A DNA stretch of 64,000 nucleotides from an uncultured Alphaproteobacteria bacterium (GCA_963792845.1 CAWBXW010000004.1:5313-69312); one strand, 5' to 3'; numbered from the stretch's first letter, positions 51,610-63,409 are shown. The notes: a model not told the origin generated them from the letters alone. Numbers and translations are program-made.

Positions 51610-54600
51610 AGCACCATCATCTCTGCATCGACTGCGACCGACGCCACGACGACGCCCGACCGCATCAGGTTGTAGAAGTCGAAGTCGCCGCCGGCCGAGC
51701 CGTCGAGATTCTTGTCCGAGGCGGCGAGCTGCCACTGATAGGGGTCGGCCGCACCGCCGCCGTCGGGATCGAAGTCGTCGAGCTGCAGCGTGTCGCCGGC
51801 GTCGCCCTGGACCACCAGGTTATTGTGGCTGTCGGCGCCGGTGAAGGCGGCGTTCGGCGTGTCGGAGAAGTGGAAGGCGTCAAGCGCTCCGATAACGATC
51901 GTGTCGTTGCCGGTGCCGGTGATGTCGAGGGCCTCGATCCCGGCGATCTTGTTATCGGCCAGAGAGGTGAAGTCGATCGTCTGGTTGTCGCCGGTGAAGA
52001 CGAGCGTGTCGGTGCCGCTGCCGCCGTCGATCGCACGGAAGGCGAGATCGGCAACGCTGATCATATCGTCGCCGGCGCCTGAGCGGATCACATCGGCGCC
52101 GCCTCCACCAGTCAGTGTATCGCTGCCAGCGCCGCCGATCAGGATCTCGGCGGCCGAGGTGCCGGTGGTGGTTACCGGAGTCGTCGACCCCCCGAAGGCG
52201 CCGCCGTAGACGACGTAGGCCGCGCCGGCATCGACGCCGCCGTCGGCATTGTGGGGGCGCCGACGATCACATCGGCGAAGCCGTCGCCGTTGACGTCGCC
52301 GGCCGATGAGACCGCGAAGCCTCTTTGTTCGTTGAAGGCGTCGCCCAGAATGGCGAAGCCTTGCGCACCTGCCAGGCTGCTGAGATCGATGACCTGGCGA
52401 CCCGCTCCGTCGGGTGCGCCGAAGCCGGACGCGGTTCCGAACAGCACGTAGGCCTCGCCGGTGAATTCGTTGCCAGAAGGTGCGCCGACGATCAGGTCGT
52501 CGAAGCCGTCGCCGTTGACATCGCCGGCGGAGGACACGCTGCGGCCGGTCTGGTCATCGCTGCCATCGCCCTGGATGACGAAGCCCTGGGCCGCGGTGAG
52601 CGTGGTGAGGTCGATGACCTGGCGTCCGGCTCCATCAGCCGTACCGAAACCGGACGCGCTACCGAACACGACATAGGCCTCGCCGGCATCGCTGCCGCCG
52701 TCGTCGCCATACATCGCTCCGACGATCAGGTCATCGTAGCCGTCGCCATTGACATCGCCGGCCGATGACACGCTCCGGCCGGCCACGTCGCCGGCGGCGT
52801 CGCCCTGGATGATGAACCCTTCGCTTGCGCTGAGCGTGGTGAGATCGATGACCTGGCGACCCGCTCCGTCGGGTGCGCCGAAGCCGGACGCGCTGCCGAA
52901 CACGACATAGGCCTCGCCGGCATTGCTGCCGCCGTCGTCGCCCGTCGGCGCGCCGACGATCATGTCGTCGTAGCCGTCGCCGTTGACATCGCCGGCCGTG
53001 GAAACGCTGAAGCCGGCGAAGTCATCGGTGGCATCGCCGTGAATGACGAAGCCTTGCGCGGCGGCGAGCGTGGTGAGGTCGATCACCTGCGTCCCGCCGA
53101 CATCGCTGCCGAAGCCCGACGCGCTGCCGAACACGACGTAGGCCTCGCCGGCACTGGCGGCGTAGGGCGCGCCGACGATCAGGTCATGGAACCCATCGCC
53201 GTTGACATCGCCGGCCGAAGCGACGCTCTTGCCGGTGTGACCGCCAGATGTGACTCCGTCAACCCTGAAGCCTTCCGAGGCCGAGAGAGTGGTGAGGTCG
53301 ATCACCTGGCGCCCGCCGACATCGACGCCGAAGCCCGACGCGGTGCCGAACACGACATAGGCCGAGCCAGGTGCGCCTCCGGAGACGACGTTTTGTTCGG
53401 CGCCGACGATCAGATCGTCGAAGCCGTCGCCATTGACGTCGCCGGCCGAGGACACGCCGCCGCCAGCTCGGTCGTTCGTCGAATCGCCCTGGATGACAAA
53501 ACCTTGGGCGGCCGAGAGAGACGTGAGGTCGATGACCTGGCGTCCGCCAATGTCGGTCCCAAAACCCGAGGCCGAGCCGAAGATCACATAGGCCTCGCCG
53601 GCAAGGTCGCCGCCGTCGTCACCAGTTGGCGCTCCGACCATGAAATCGTCGAAACCGTCGCCGTTGACATCGCCGGCGGAGGAGACGGCGAAGCCCGCCT
53701 GATCGTTGGCGGTGTCACCCTGGACGACGAAGCCTTCTGTCGCGAAGAGCGTGTCGACGTGCACGAGGTAGCCGGGCACGTCAACGCCCTGCTCGATGCG
53801 CACCTCGGCATTGCCGAGCAGGAAGCGTTCGTAGGTGACGCTGCCGTCCGTGACTGACCCGGCATGATTCCAGCCGGATTCGATCAGGGTTACGCTGTCT
53901 CCGGCATCGCCGGTTACCGAAATGATCGCCTTTCCGTCAGCGCGGTCGGCGGTCAGATCGAAAACGTTCCGCTGGGAAATGACCAAGCCGTTGTCGCCGC
54001 TGCCGGTGAGGTCGATGCGCTCGACATTGGTGATGACCGCCGGCAGGACCTGGGTGAGGTCGAGGGTCATGCCCGATCCGTCGAGGCGGAGCGTGTCGGT
54101 GCCGTTGCCGCCGTCGATGCGGGCGAAGTCGGTGTCCGCAACGCTGATGACATCGTCGCCAGCGCCGCCCCGGATCACGTCCGCCCCGCCACCGCCGGAA
54201 AGCTGGTCGTCGCCAGCGCCGCCGATCAGGATCTCGGCGGCCGCGGTGCCGGTGGTGGTTACCGGAGTCGTCGACCCCCCGAAGGCGCCGCCGTAGAAGA
54301 CGTAGGCCGCGCCGGCATCGAGGCCGCCATCGTCGTTCAGAGCAGCGCCGATGATCAGGTCGTCAAAGCCATCGCCATTGACGTCGCCGGCCGCTGACAC
54401 GCTGGCGCCTGACCGGTCGTAGGCGGCGTCGCCGCGAATCATGAATCCCTCTGCGGCGGTTATGCTGGCGAGGTCGATGACCTGCCGCCCGCCGATATCG
54501 GCACCGAACCCTGACGCCGTTCCGAACAGGACATAGGCCTCGCCGGCCTCGATGCCGCCGCTTGCTCCGAAGCGGGCACCGACGATCAGGTCGTCGAAGC

Positions 54601-57600
54601 CGTCGCCGTTGATATCGCCGGCCGACGACACCGCGAAGCCGGCCTGGTCGCCGGCGACGGCGCCCTGAATGACGAAGCCTTCCGCGCTGGAGAGCGTGGC
54701 GAGGTCGATGACCTGGCGCCCCCCGACGTCGGTACCGAATCCGGACCCGCTGCCGAACACCACGTAAGCCTCGCCGGCGCCCGCCCCGCCATCGTCGCCA
54801 TAGGGTGCCCCGACGATCAAGTCGTCGAAGCCGTCTCCGTTGACGTCGCCGGCGGACGACACGGCAAAGGCGGCCTGGTCGCCGACGGCGCCGCCCTGGA
54901 TGACGAATCCGTCGGCCTCGGCAAGCGACGCCAGGTCGACGACGTTGCGGCCGCCGACATCGGAGCCGAACCCCGACGCGGTGCCGAACAGGACATAGGC
55001 CTGGCCGGCGCTCGAACCGCCGTCATTGTTGAGCGGCGCGCCGACGATCAGGTCGTCATAACCGTCGCCATTGACGTCACCGGCCGAGGCGACGCTGTCG
55101 CCGGCCGCGTCGTTGAGCGCGACGCCCTGGATGACGAAGCCCTGGCCGGGCGTCAGGGTCGTCAGGTCGATGACCTGACGACCGCCGACATCGACGCCGA
55201 AGCCCGACTCCGCGCCGAACACGACATAGGCCTCGCCGGCGTCCGTGGCGCCATCGTCGCCGTGAGGCGCGCCGACGATAAGATCGTCGAAGCCGTCGCC
55301 GTCGATATCGCCTGCCGAGGAGACGCTCCAGCCGGCATAGTCGCCGCCGGCATCGCCCACGATGATGAAGCCTTGCGACGCGTCGAGTGTTGTCAGGTCG
55401 ATGACCTGGCGCCCGCCGACATCGACGCCGAAGCCGGAGGCCGTGCCGAACACGACATAGGCTTCGCCGGCGCCGGTGCCACCGTCGTCGCCGTAACGCG
55501 CGCCGACGATCACATCGGCGAAGCCGTCACCGTTGACGTCGCCGGCCGCCGCGACCGATCGCCCGGCACGGTCGTAGAACTGATCGCCCTGAATGACGAA
55601 GCCTTGTGATGCGGTGAGCGTCGTCAGGTCGATGACCTGGCGTCCGCCGACATCGACGCCGAAGCCGGAGGCCGTACCGAACACCACATAGGCCTCGCCG
55701 GCATTCGCATCGCCATCATCGCCGAGAGGGGCGCCAATGATCAGGTCATCGAAGCCGTCGCCGTTGACGTCGCCGGCCGAGGAGACGCTGGCGCCGGCCC
55801 GATCGTCGTCCGTATCGCCCTGGATAATGAAGCCTTGCGCCGCGCTGAGTACGGTCAGGTCGAACGTGACAACCGGGTTGTAGGTCACGTCCAAAGCCGC
55901 CGACGCGGTGCCGGCATTGCCGGCCGTATCGGTCGCGGTCGCGGTGAAGCTGTGCTCACCCTGAGCGAGCGTCCCTGTGGCGAAGCTCCAGTCGCCGCTG
56001 CCATCGGAGACCGTTGTGCCGAGCGACGTCAGTCCGTCGAAGATCTCGACGGTCGAGCCGGGTTCCGCCGTCCCGGCAAGGGTGAGGTCATCGTCAGTCG
56101 TGAGCCCGTCGCCGATTGTGTCTGTGTCTTCGGTGTAGCCGGTGATCGTCGCCGGGGCCGGGGCCGTCGTATCGATGGTCACGACGGCTGCGCCGGACGC
56201 GGCGCTGGTATTGCCGGCGGTGTCGGTCGCAGTTGCCGTGAGGCTGTGGACGCCCTCCGGCAGGACATCAGCGGTGAATGTCCAGTCGCCGTTGCTGTCG
56301 GCGACCGTGGTGCCGAGCGAGGTCACGCCGTCGAAGATTTCCACCGTCGAGCCGGCTTCGACAACGCCGATGAGGGTCGGCGTCGTGTCGTTGGTGACAT
56401 CATCGGTGGGCGAGACACCGGTGTCCGATGTCGCGTCGAGGTCGGGAGCAAACGGTTTCACCGGCGGGGCGGTGTCGATCGTCACGGCGAGGCTGCCGAA
56501 GGCGCCGGTGGCATTTCCGGCGGCATCGGTCGCCGTGGCGGTGAAGCCATGTGCGCCACTGCCCAGGATGGCGGTGGTGAAGCTCCAGTCGCCGCTGCCG
56601 TCGGCGACGGTGGTGCCGAGCGAGGTGACGCCGTCGAAGATCTCGACGGTCACGCCAGCTTCGGCGGTCCCGGTGAGGGTCGGGGTGGTGTCGGAGGTGA
56701 TGTTGTCGGTAGACGAGACACCAGTGTCCGAGGCCGCCTCGAGGTCCGGAGCGGACGGCGCCGCGGGCGCGGTCGTATCGACGGTGACATCCAGAGCCAC
56801 TGAAGAGGGGCCAGTGACGCCGGCGAGGGTAGCGGTTGCTGTGAAGCTGTGCGAGCCATCCGAAAGTGTGCCGGTGGTGAGGCTCCAGTTGCCGCTGCCG
56901 TCGGCGGCGGTCGTACCGAGCGAGCTCAGGCCGTCGAAAAGCTCGACCGTGGTGCCGGCTTCCGCCGTCCCGGTCAGAGTGGGCGTCTCGTCGCTGGTGA
57001 TGTTGTCGGTCGGCGAGGCGCCGGTATCGGACGCCGCATCCAGGTCGGGCGTTGACGGCGCCGGCGGCACAACGCCGATGATGACGTTGAGGGCGCCCGA
57101 GGGCGAACTGGTGTTGCCGGCGGTGTCCGTCGCGGTCGCGGTGAAGAGGTAAATCCCGTCCGCGAGCGGGTCGGTGGTGAAGCTCCAGTTGCCGCTGCCG
57201 TCGGCGACGGTGGTGCCAAGCGAGGTCAGGCCGTCGAAGATCTCGACGGTGCTGCCGGCCTCCGCCGTCCCGGTCAGGGTCGGTGTAGTGTCGTCGGTGA
57301 TGTTGTCGGTGTCGGAGTCGCCGGTATCGGACTCTGCCGCAAGGTCGGGGGTGGACGGCGCGGCCGGCACCGTGGTGTCGATGGTCACCACCAGCGCGGC
57401 GGAGGCAAGGCTGGCGTTGCCGGAGACGTGGACTGCCTTGGCGGTGAAGCTGTGAGCGTCGTCCGTCAGCGGGTCGGTGGTGAAGCTCCAGTCGCCACTG
57501 CCGTCGGCTACCGTGGTGCCAAGCGAGGTCGCACCGTCGAAGATCTCGACGGTGCTGCCGGCTTCCGCCGTGCCGGTCAAGGTCGGTGTGTTGTCGCCGG

Positions 57601-60382
57601 TGATGTTGTCGGTGTCGGAGTCGCCGGTATCGGACCCTGCCGCAAGGTCGGGGGTGGACGGCGCGGCCGGGGCGGTGAGGTCGATGGTCACCGCCAGGGC
57701 GGCGGAGGCCGGGCTGGTGTTGCCGGCGGCGTCGGTCGCGGCGGCGGTGAAGCTGTGGGGGTCGGGGGTGAGCAGAGGCCCGGTGGTAAAGCTCCAGTCG
57801 CCGCTGCCGTCGGCGACCGTGGTGCCGAGCGAGGTCGCCCCGTCGAAGATCTCGACCGTGGCGCCGGCTTCCGCCGTGCCGGTCAAGGTCGGCGTGATGT
57901 CGGCGGTGATGTTGTCGGTGGACGAGACGCCGGTATCGGAGGCCGCTGCAAGGTCGGGGGTGGACGGCGCAGCCGGCGCCGTGGTGTCGATGGTCACCGC
58001 CAGGGCGGCGGAGGCGACACTGACATTGCCGGCGGCGTCGGTCGCCTTGATCGTGAGGTCGTGGACCGTTTCCCCCAGGACGCCGGTGGTGAAGCTCCAG
58101 TCGCCGCTGCCGTCGGCGACGGTGGTGCCAAGCGAGGTCAGGCCGTCGAAGACTTCGACGGTGCTGCCGGCTTCGGCGGTACCGGTCAGGGTCGGTGTGG
58201 TGTCGGCGGTGATGTTGTCGGTGTCGGAGTCGCCGGTATCGGACTCTGCCGCAAGGTCGGGGGTGGACGGCGCGGCCGGCGCCGTGGTGTCGATAGTCAC
58301 CACCAGCGCGGCGGAGGCAAGGCTGGCGTTGCCGGAGACGTGGACTGCCTTGGCGGTGAAGCTGTGAGCGTCGTCCGTCAGCGGGTCGGTGGTGAAGCTC
58401 CAGTCGCCGCTGCCGTCGGCTACCGTGGTGCCGAGCGAGGTCGCACCGTCGAAGATTTCGACGGTGCTGCCGGCTTCCGCCGTGCCGGTCAAGGTCGGTG
58501 TGTTGTCGCTGGTGATGTTGTCGGTGTCGGAGTCGCCGGTATCGGACCCTGCCGCAAGGTCGGGGGTGGACGGCGGGGCCGGGGCGGTGAGGTCGATGGT
58601 CACCGCCAGGGCGGCGGAGGCAGGGCTGGTGTTGCCGGCGGGGTCGGTCGCGGCGGCGGTGAAGCTGTGGGGGTCGGGGGTGAGCAGAGGCCCGGTGGTA
58701 AAGCTCCAGTCGCCGCTGCCGTCGGCGACCGTGGTGCCGAGCGAGGTCGCCCCGTCGAAGATCTCGACCGTGGCGCCGGCTTCCGCCGTGCCGGTCAAGG
58801 TCGGCGTGATGTCGGCGGTGATGTTGTCGGTGGACGAGACGCCGGTATCGGAGGCCGCTGCAAGGTCGGGGGTGGACGGCGCAGCCGGCGCCGTGGTGTC
58901 GATGGTCACCGCCAGGGCGGCGGAGGCGACACTGACATTGCCGGCGGCGTCGGTCGCCTTGATCGTGAGGTCGTGGACCGTTTCCCCCAGGACGCCGGTG
59001 GTGAAGCTCCAGTCGCCGCTGCCGTCGGCGACGGTGGTGCCGAGCGAGGTGATGCCGTCGAAGACTTCGACGGTGCTGCCGGCTTCGGCGGTACCGGTCA
59101 GGGTCGGTGTGGTGTCGGCGGTGATGTTGTCGGTGGACGAGACGCCGGTATCGGACTTTGCCGCAAGGTCGGGGGTGGACGGCGCGGCCGGCGCCGTGGT
59201 GTCGATGGTCACCACCAGCGCGGCGGAGGCGACACTGACATTGCCGGCGGCGTCGGTCGCCTTGATCGTGAGGTTGTGGACCGTTTCCCCCAGGACGCCG
59301 GTGGTAAAGCTCCAGTTGCCGCTGCCGTTGGCGACCGTGGTGCCGAGCGAGGTCAGGCCGTCGAAGAGTTCGACGGTGCTGCCGGCTTCGGCGGTACCGG
59401 TCAGGGTCGGCGTGTTGTCGCCGGTGATGTTGTCCGTCGACGATGCACCTGTGTCGGATGCGGCAGCGAGGTCTGGTGCCGAGGGCGGCGCCGGCGCTGT
59501 CGTGTCGACGGTGACGGCCAGGGCACCGGATGCCGTGCTGACATTGCCAGCCAAGTCGGTCGCGGTCGCGGTGAAGCTATGAGCGCCGTCGGTCAGCGGG
59601 CCGGTGGTGAGGTGCCAATTGCCGTTGCTGTCGGCGACGGTGGTGCCGAGCGAGGTCGCACCGTCGAAGATTTCCACCGTCGAGCCGGCTTCGACAACCC
59701 CGGTGAGGGTCGGGGTCGTGTCGGCGGTGACGTTGTCGATCGATGATGCGCCGGTATCCGAAGTCGTGGTGAGGTCGGGCGCTGAAGGCGCGGCCGGTGC
59801 TATCGTATCGATCGTGAGACTATATTCCGGCGACGTGGCGGAGTTTCCGGCAGCGTCCACCGCGTCCGCGGTGAGCCTATGCTTGCCGTCGGCGAGCGCG
59901 CCGGTGGTGAGGCTCCATGCACCATTGCTCGCGGCGGCCACGGTTCCGAGCACGGTCGCCCCGTCGCGCACGGTCACGGTGGCGCCGGCTTCCGCCACGC
60001 CCTCGAGAGTTGGGGTCAGGTCGTGGCTGATGCCGTCCTTGTTGGATCTGCCGGTGTCGGACGCGGTCGCAAGCTTGATCGCCGGCGTGGCGATGGTTGA
60101 ATTGACCGTGACGGTAAGCACTTTCGATTTTTTGCTGTGGTTGCCGTCTTTGGCCTTGGCCTTGAAGTCGTAGGCGCCGTCGTCGATGGCAGTGGTGACG
60201 ATTTTCCACTTGCCGTGTTTGTCGGTGTTGGTCTTGCCGATCTTGTCACCGTCCTGGAAGATGATGATCTTGGTCTTGGCATCCGCCTTGCCGACCAGCT
60301 TGACCGTGTCGTCGCTGGTAATATGATCAGATGCCGACTCCCCCGTATCGGTCTTGATCTTTTTGATCTTTGGCTTTTTCAT
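51606..60382 (-). CDS. Giant secreted adhesin: 15 Ig-like (Big) repeats + 2 x (7 FG-GAP repeats + RTX module); one apparent indel at ~52255
   Basis: SDTG...DNIT.D.TPTLTG.AEAGSTV repeats; AGDVNGDGFDDLIVGA repeats; GGAGDD nonapeptides. Adding one C to the minus-strand C-run at 52253-52257 joins ORF 52172-60382 to 51606-52091. Confidence 0.9.
57170..59135. repeat. Near-identical 912-bp tandem duplication (3 Ig domains) inside the adhesin gene
   Basis: For example 57771 matches 58683 and 57477 matches 58389 (offset 912), with only scattered substitutions. Confidence 0.9.
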
Positions 60383-60724
60383 CGGACAGCCCTCATCCAG
60401 GATAGAAAAGTTTAAGTTCGTCGTCGCGCATGGCGCTGCGCACTCGTCGAACTGCGGCCTGGACAGAATCCGGAGAGTTGCTCAAATCTCAACGGAAGAG
60501 TTATTCGGAAATATTCGTGGATTTATGCAAAATCGCCCAGAATTTTAGAGCTGTCCGGGAACACTATTATAGATTGCACAGCTTTCGCAGCATGAGGCGG
60601 CTGGAGGCGAGCTTGAGAAAGGCGAGCAGGGACGATGCGTCCACTTGGACCGGGGCCATCGGCGACCGGGGCCCGCCCCCGCTCCGGCCATACCGTCGGC
60701 CCTGCGGGCCGATGCAGCCTCAGG

Positions 60725-61342
60725 TCAGCGGGAGGTGACGATTTCGTCGCCGTAGATAGTCTGGACGCTGTAGCAGTCTTCCTGATGATCAGAATTGTCT
60801 ATTCCGGCGCCCGGCGATAGATGCACATGGGCATAGAGCGTCGTTTCGACGAAAACCGGAATGATGTGGTGCCTGCCGACGATTATCCGGCCCTGGGTGG
60901 CATCATACATTACCGCGGTTCCGGAAATACTCAGAACGTCTTTATCCCACTGCGAGAGCAGGACTTCCATGTTCTCGCGATTGTGCTGCATGCTCTCATG
61001 AACGATCGATGCAATGAAGAGTTCGCCCCGGTCGGTCGAGACAAGACCAAGCGCGTTGCGCGACCTTGGCGAGAGTGCGATGACTTGGCCTGTTTCGAGG
61101 TTGTAAAGGGCATGACGGTCCTCGCTGCGGTCGATCCAGTACTTGGTCCGAGCAAGGACAGCGTCGTGGTTATCCTTCGAAAGCTTCTTGAAGATGAAGG
61201 ACTTGGCGGCGAGGGTCGGCTCGTATATGCCGGCCTCCCATTTGCTCAGGGTCGCTTGCGAGACGCCGAGCACCTCGGCGGCCGCGGATTGCTTGTAACC
61301 CATCACTCGCCGGAAGGCCTTGATGCGAAGCGCCCACTCCAC
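60725..61342 (-). CDS. XRE-family HTH regulator with uncharacterised C-terminal (possibly PAS-like sensor) domain
   Basis: IKAFRR..GYKQ..AAEVLGVSQATLSKWEAG..EP HTH; start GTG 61342 inferred. Confidence 0.82.
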   Translation of the reverse strand: MEWALRIKAFRRVMGYKQSAAAEVLGVSQATLSKWEAGIYEPTLAAKSFIFKKLSKDNHDAVLARTKYWIDRSEDRHALYNLETGQVIALSPRSRNALGLVSTDRGELFIASIVHESMQHNRENMEVLLSQWDKDVLSISGTAVMYDATQGRIIVGRHHIIPVFVETTLYAHVHLSPGAGIDNSDHQEDCYSVQTIYGDEIVTSR

Positions 61343-61423
61343 GGCGAAGCCCCCAGGGAAAATTCGCTTAGAGAAACCCCGACGTAGCCTAACACAAACC
61401 TGGGACGCGGGCAAAGCAACCGC

Positions 61424-61477
61424 GGGTTTTGATTGGGTTTTGATTGGGTTTTGATTAGGGTCTTGATTGGTTTTGAT
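61424..61477. repeat. Five tandem ~11-bp direct repeats GGGTTTTGATT
   Basis: Three perfect units (61424, 61435, 61446), then GGGTCTTGATT (61458) and GGTTTTGAT (61469). Confidence 0.9.
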
Positions 61478-61554
61478 GCCGGGACCCCTGTGTAGGTCGC
61501 GAGAGCGCGCCTCGACTAGCCGGCGAGACCGAGATCGTCGACGACCAGCACGAA

Positions 61555-61760
61555 TCAACAAGACATGGCAGATCGAGGCTCGGCATCGAGCCAGCGGACT
61601 GCCGTCGCCCGGTTCGCGGAGGCGGAGGGTTACGCGCTGATCGCCGAGTTCCCGAGGCGCCGGAGACCCGGCAAAGGCGCCGACGCCCTGGACAGGCGGC
61701 CGCCAGCTGCCTGAAGCGCGGCGCGCACGGGCATCGGGAGCGTCGCGCTTAAGAGCTCCT
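61555..61760 (+). pseudogene. Degenerate serine resolvase/recombinase N-terminal fragment
   Basis: Frameshifted pieces GRSRLGIE / QRTAVARFAEAEGYALIAEF / GKGADALDRRP resemble the resolvase-family G.SGLG.EAQR...ETGKG.DALDRRPQL. Confidence 0.7.
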
Positions 61761-62018
61761 CGGCTTGAATACCAGCCCCTCGACGGGATCGAGATTTACC
61801 CGCTGCTCCTTCAGGCCCTCTTCCAGGGCGTCCAGCGCTTGCGGATCGTCGGTTGCGCATACCCCGCGAGCAGGCCGTCTCGATGCGGGATTGTCGAAGC
61901 GGTTTTCCTCGCGCTGGCCGCCACGCGAACCGACCCCGCCCTCGTCGCGTGGTTGCTCCGGATCTCGCTTGTCGCCGATGCGCGCCGTATCAATACTCAT
62001 TTGCGGATATTTGTTCAT
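61749..62018 (-). CDS. Small hydrophilic protein, probable general-stress-response target
   Basis: GGAG RBS before ATG 62018; EcfG-type promoter upstream. Confidence 0.6.
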   Translation of the reverse strand: MNKYPQMSIDTARIGDKRDPEQPRDEGGVGSRGGQREENRFDNPASRRPARGVCATDDPQALDALEEGLKEQRVNLDPVEGLVFKPRSS

Positions 62019-62049
62019 GGTCACTCTCCGTTTTCTCGCCACCTCCTAC

Positions 62050-62075
62050 AACGCCGGGCTAACCAACCCCGTTCC
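62050..62075 (-). promoter_or_regulatory. Sigma-EcfG (RpoE2/sigmaT) promoter
   Basis: Minus strand GGAAC-N17-CGTT, matching the alphaproteobacterial general stress response consensus. Confidence 0.7.
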
Positions 62076-62301
62076 GACATCCATGTTGGCAGGCTGTTTT
62101 CTTTGCCACGGGGTATCAAAGTCGGTTCGGCCAATGGGCCGGCCGCCAAGCAACGCTCGCTGGCGAACCTGCCGGCTGACCGATGTTGTTTTTGGGTGGT
62201 TGGGGCTCTGAGGAATATCCAGAGCCTCGTGGCCCAGGCAAGGCGGTCGCAAGCAGGTGGAATGAATAAAGCAGTCCGCATAGATCAGACGAGCCTTCCA
62301 G

Positions 62302-63409
62302 TCAGGCCGGCGGTTGTCGCGTATCGCCAGCGGTTGCTTCGTGCGGCAATCTTTCAGGCACGTCCAGACGTGCCACGCCGATCCGATCGTCTGCCATGCC
62401 GTAGTAGATATCGAAGCGATCGGGCATGCCAAGGTCGTCCCGGCGATCGATGCCGGTCGGAAACACGACATCATCGACAGTACCGATGCGCTCCAGAGGT
62501 CCCTTGGGGGCGAGCGCCGCCTTGTGCGAACGATAGATGATTTCTGGTCGGCTGCTCCCGTGAGAGCACCATCACTCCAGCTGCATAGGAAAGCCTGCGC
62601 CGGGTTCCCCCCGGCGCGGCACTGTCATGCACGCCGTGATAGATCACCAGCCACCCGTGGCGGCACAGAACCGGAGGCGCTCCCCCACCGATCTTGAGCC
62701 GCTCCCATGGCGCCGCGGGCCTGGCCAAAGCATGATGCGCAACGAATTCGCCGAGGCGATGCTCCTCGTCTTTCGCGCTTTCGCGACAATAAGAGATCCA
62801 GATACTTTCCCGATGCGCGTCCGGCCTGCCTGACCTCGGTCCGTGAACTTTTTCCTCCGGGCGGGTGCCCGGAAACAGCGGCCGGTGCAGGAGCGCCACC
62901 ACGGACTCACCGCGCGGCCCCCGGACCAGCATGGGAAAGACGCTGGCGTCCTTGTCGTCGATGCCGTCAAAGGAAATGCCGTCAAAGGGCTGAAACGTCG
63001 CGAGGCCCATCCGACGCCAGCGCAACAAATCGTCGGAGACGGCAATCGCAATTCGAGGGCCGTTGCGCGAGAGCGCGGTGTAGGTCATCACGTACTGCAT
63101 CAGGGGTTCGACGAAGCTGATGCGCGGGTCTTCGCATCCGCCGCCGCTTTCAGACAGTTCGTAGTCGGCCTCCGGTTCCAGAGCGATGCCGATGCGCTCG
63201 ACGCCTTTCGGATCGCCGGCGCTGTCGAACAAGACCCGGGCAATCCCGATGCGCGAGTAGTTGCCGCGTGCCACCAGGCGCGGAAAGAGATAGAGCTGCC
63301 CGTCAGAGCCGCGCGCGGCCGCTGGGTTGAGGACCCCTTCGACCTCGTTCGGATCGCCTGCTTGCGGCTCCATGATCATGCCGAGTCGTTTGATCTTGAG
63401 ATCCGTCAT
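62302..63409 (-). CDS. GH130-like (DUF377) glycoside hydrolase/phosphorylase, apparent indel near 62545
   Basis: GVLNPAA, GGCEDPR, YTA, DDKD, LHRP, KIGGG.PP, YHGV; shifted C-terminus DVVFPTG...DIYYGMAD.RIG ends at TGA 62302. Confidence 0.85.

Noticed and set aside
57170-59135. Diversity-generating retroelement TR/VR pair
   Set aside because: The repeats are in-frame tandem Ig domains, the differences are not adenine-specific, and there is no reverse transcriptase.
57428-59746. Long alternative-frame/antisense ORFs (also 5975-7531, 13349-15685, 35426-37537, 39845-42019, 43464-45755, 47650-49491)
   Set aside because: They overlap well-supported genes, are Arg/Gly/Pro-rich without motifs, and are expected shadows in high-GC coding DNA.
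61424-61477. Short direct-repeat arrays (also 35253-35313) as CRISPR
   Set aside because: Units are 7-11 bp with no unique spacers, and there are no cas genes in the window.
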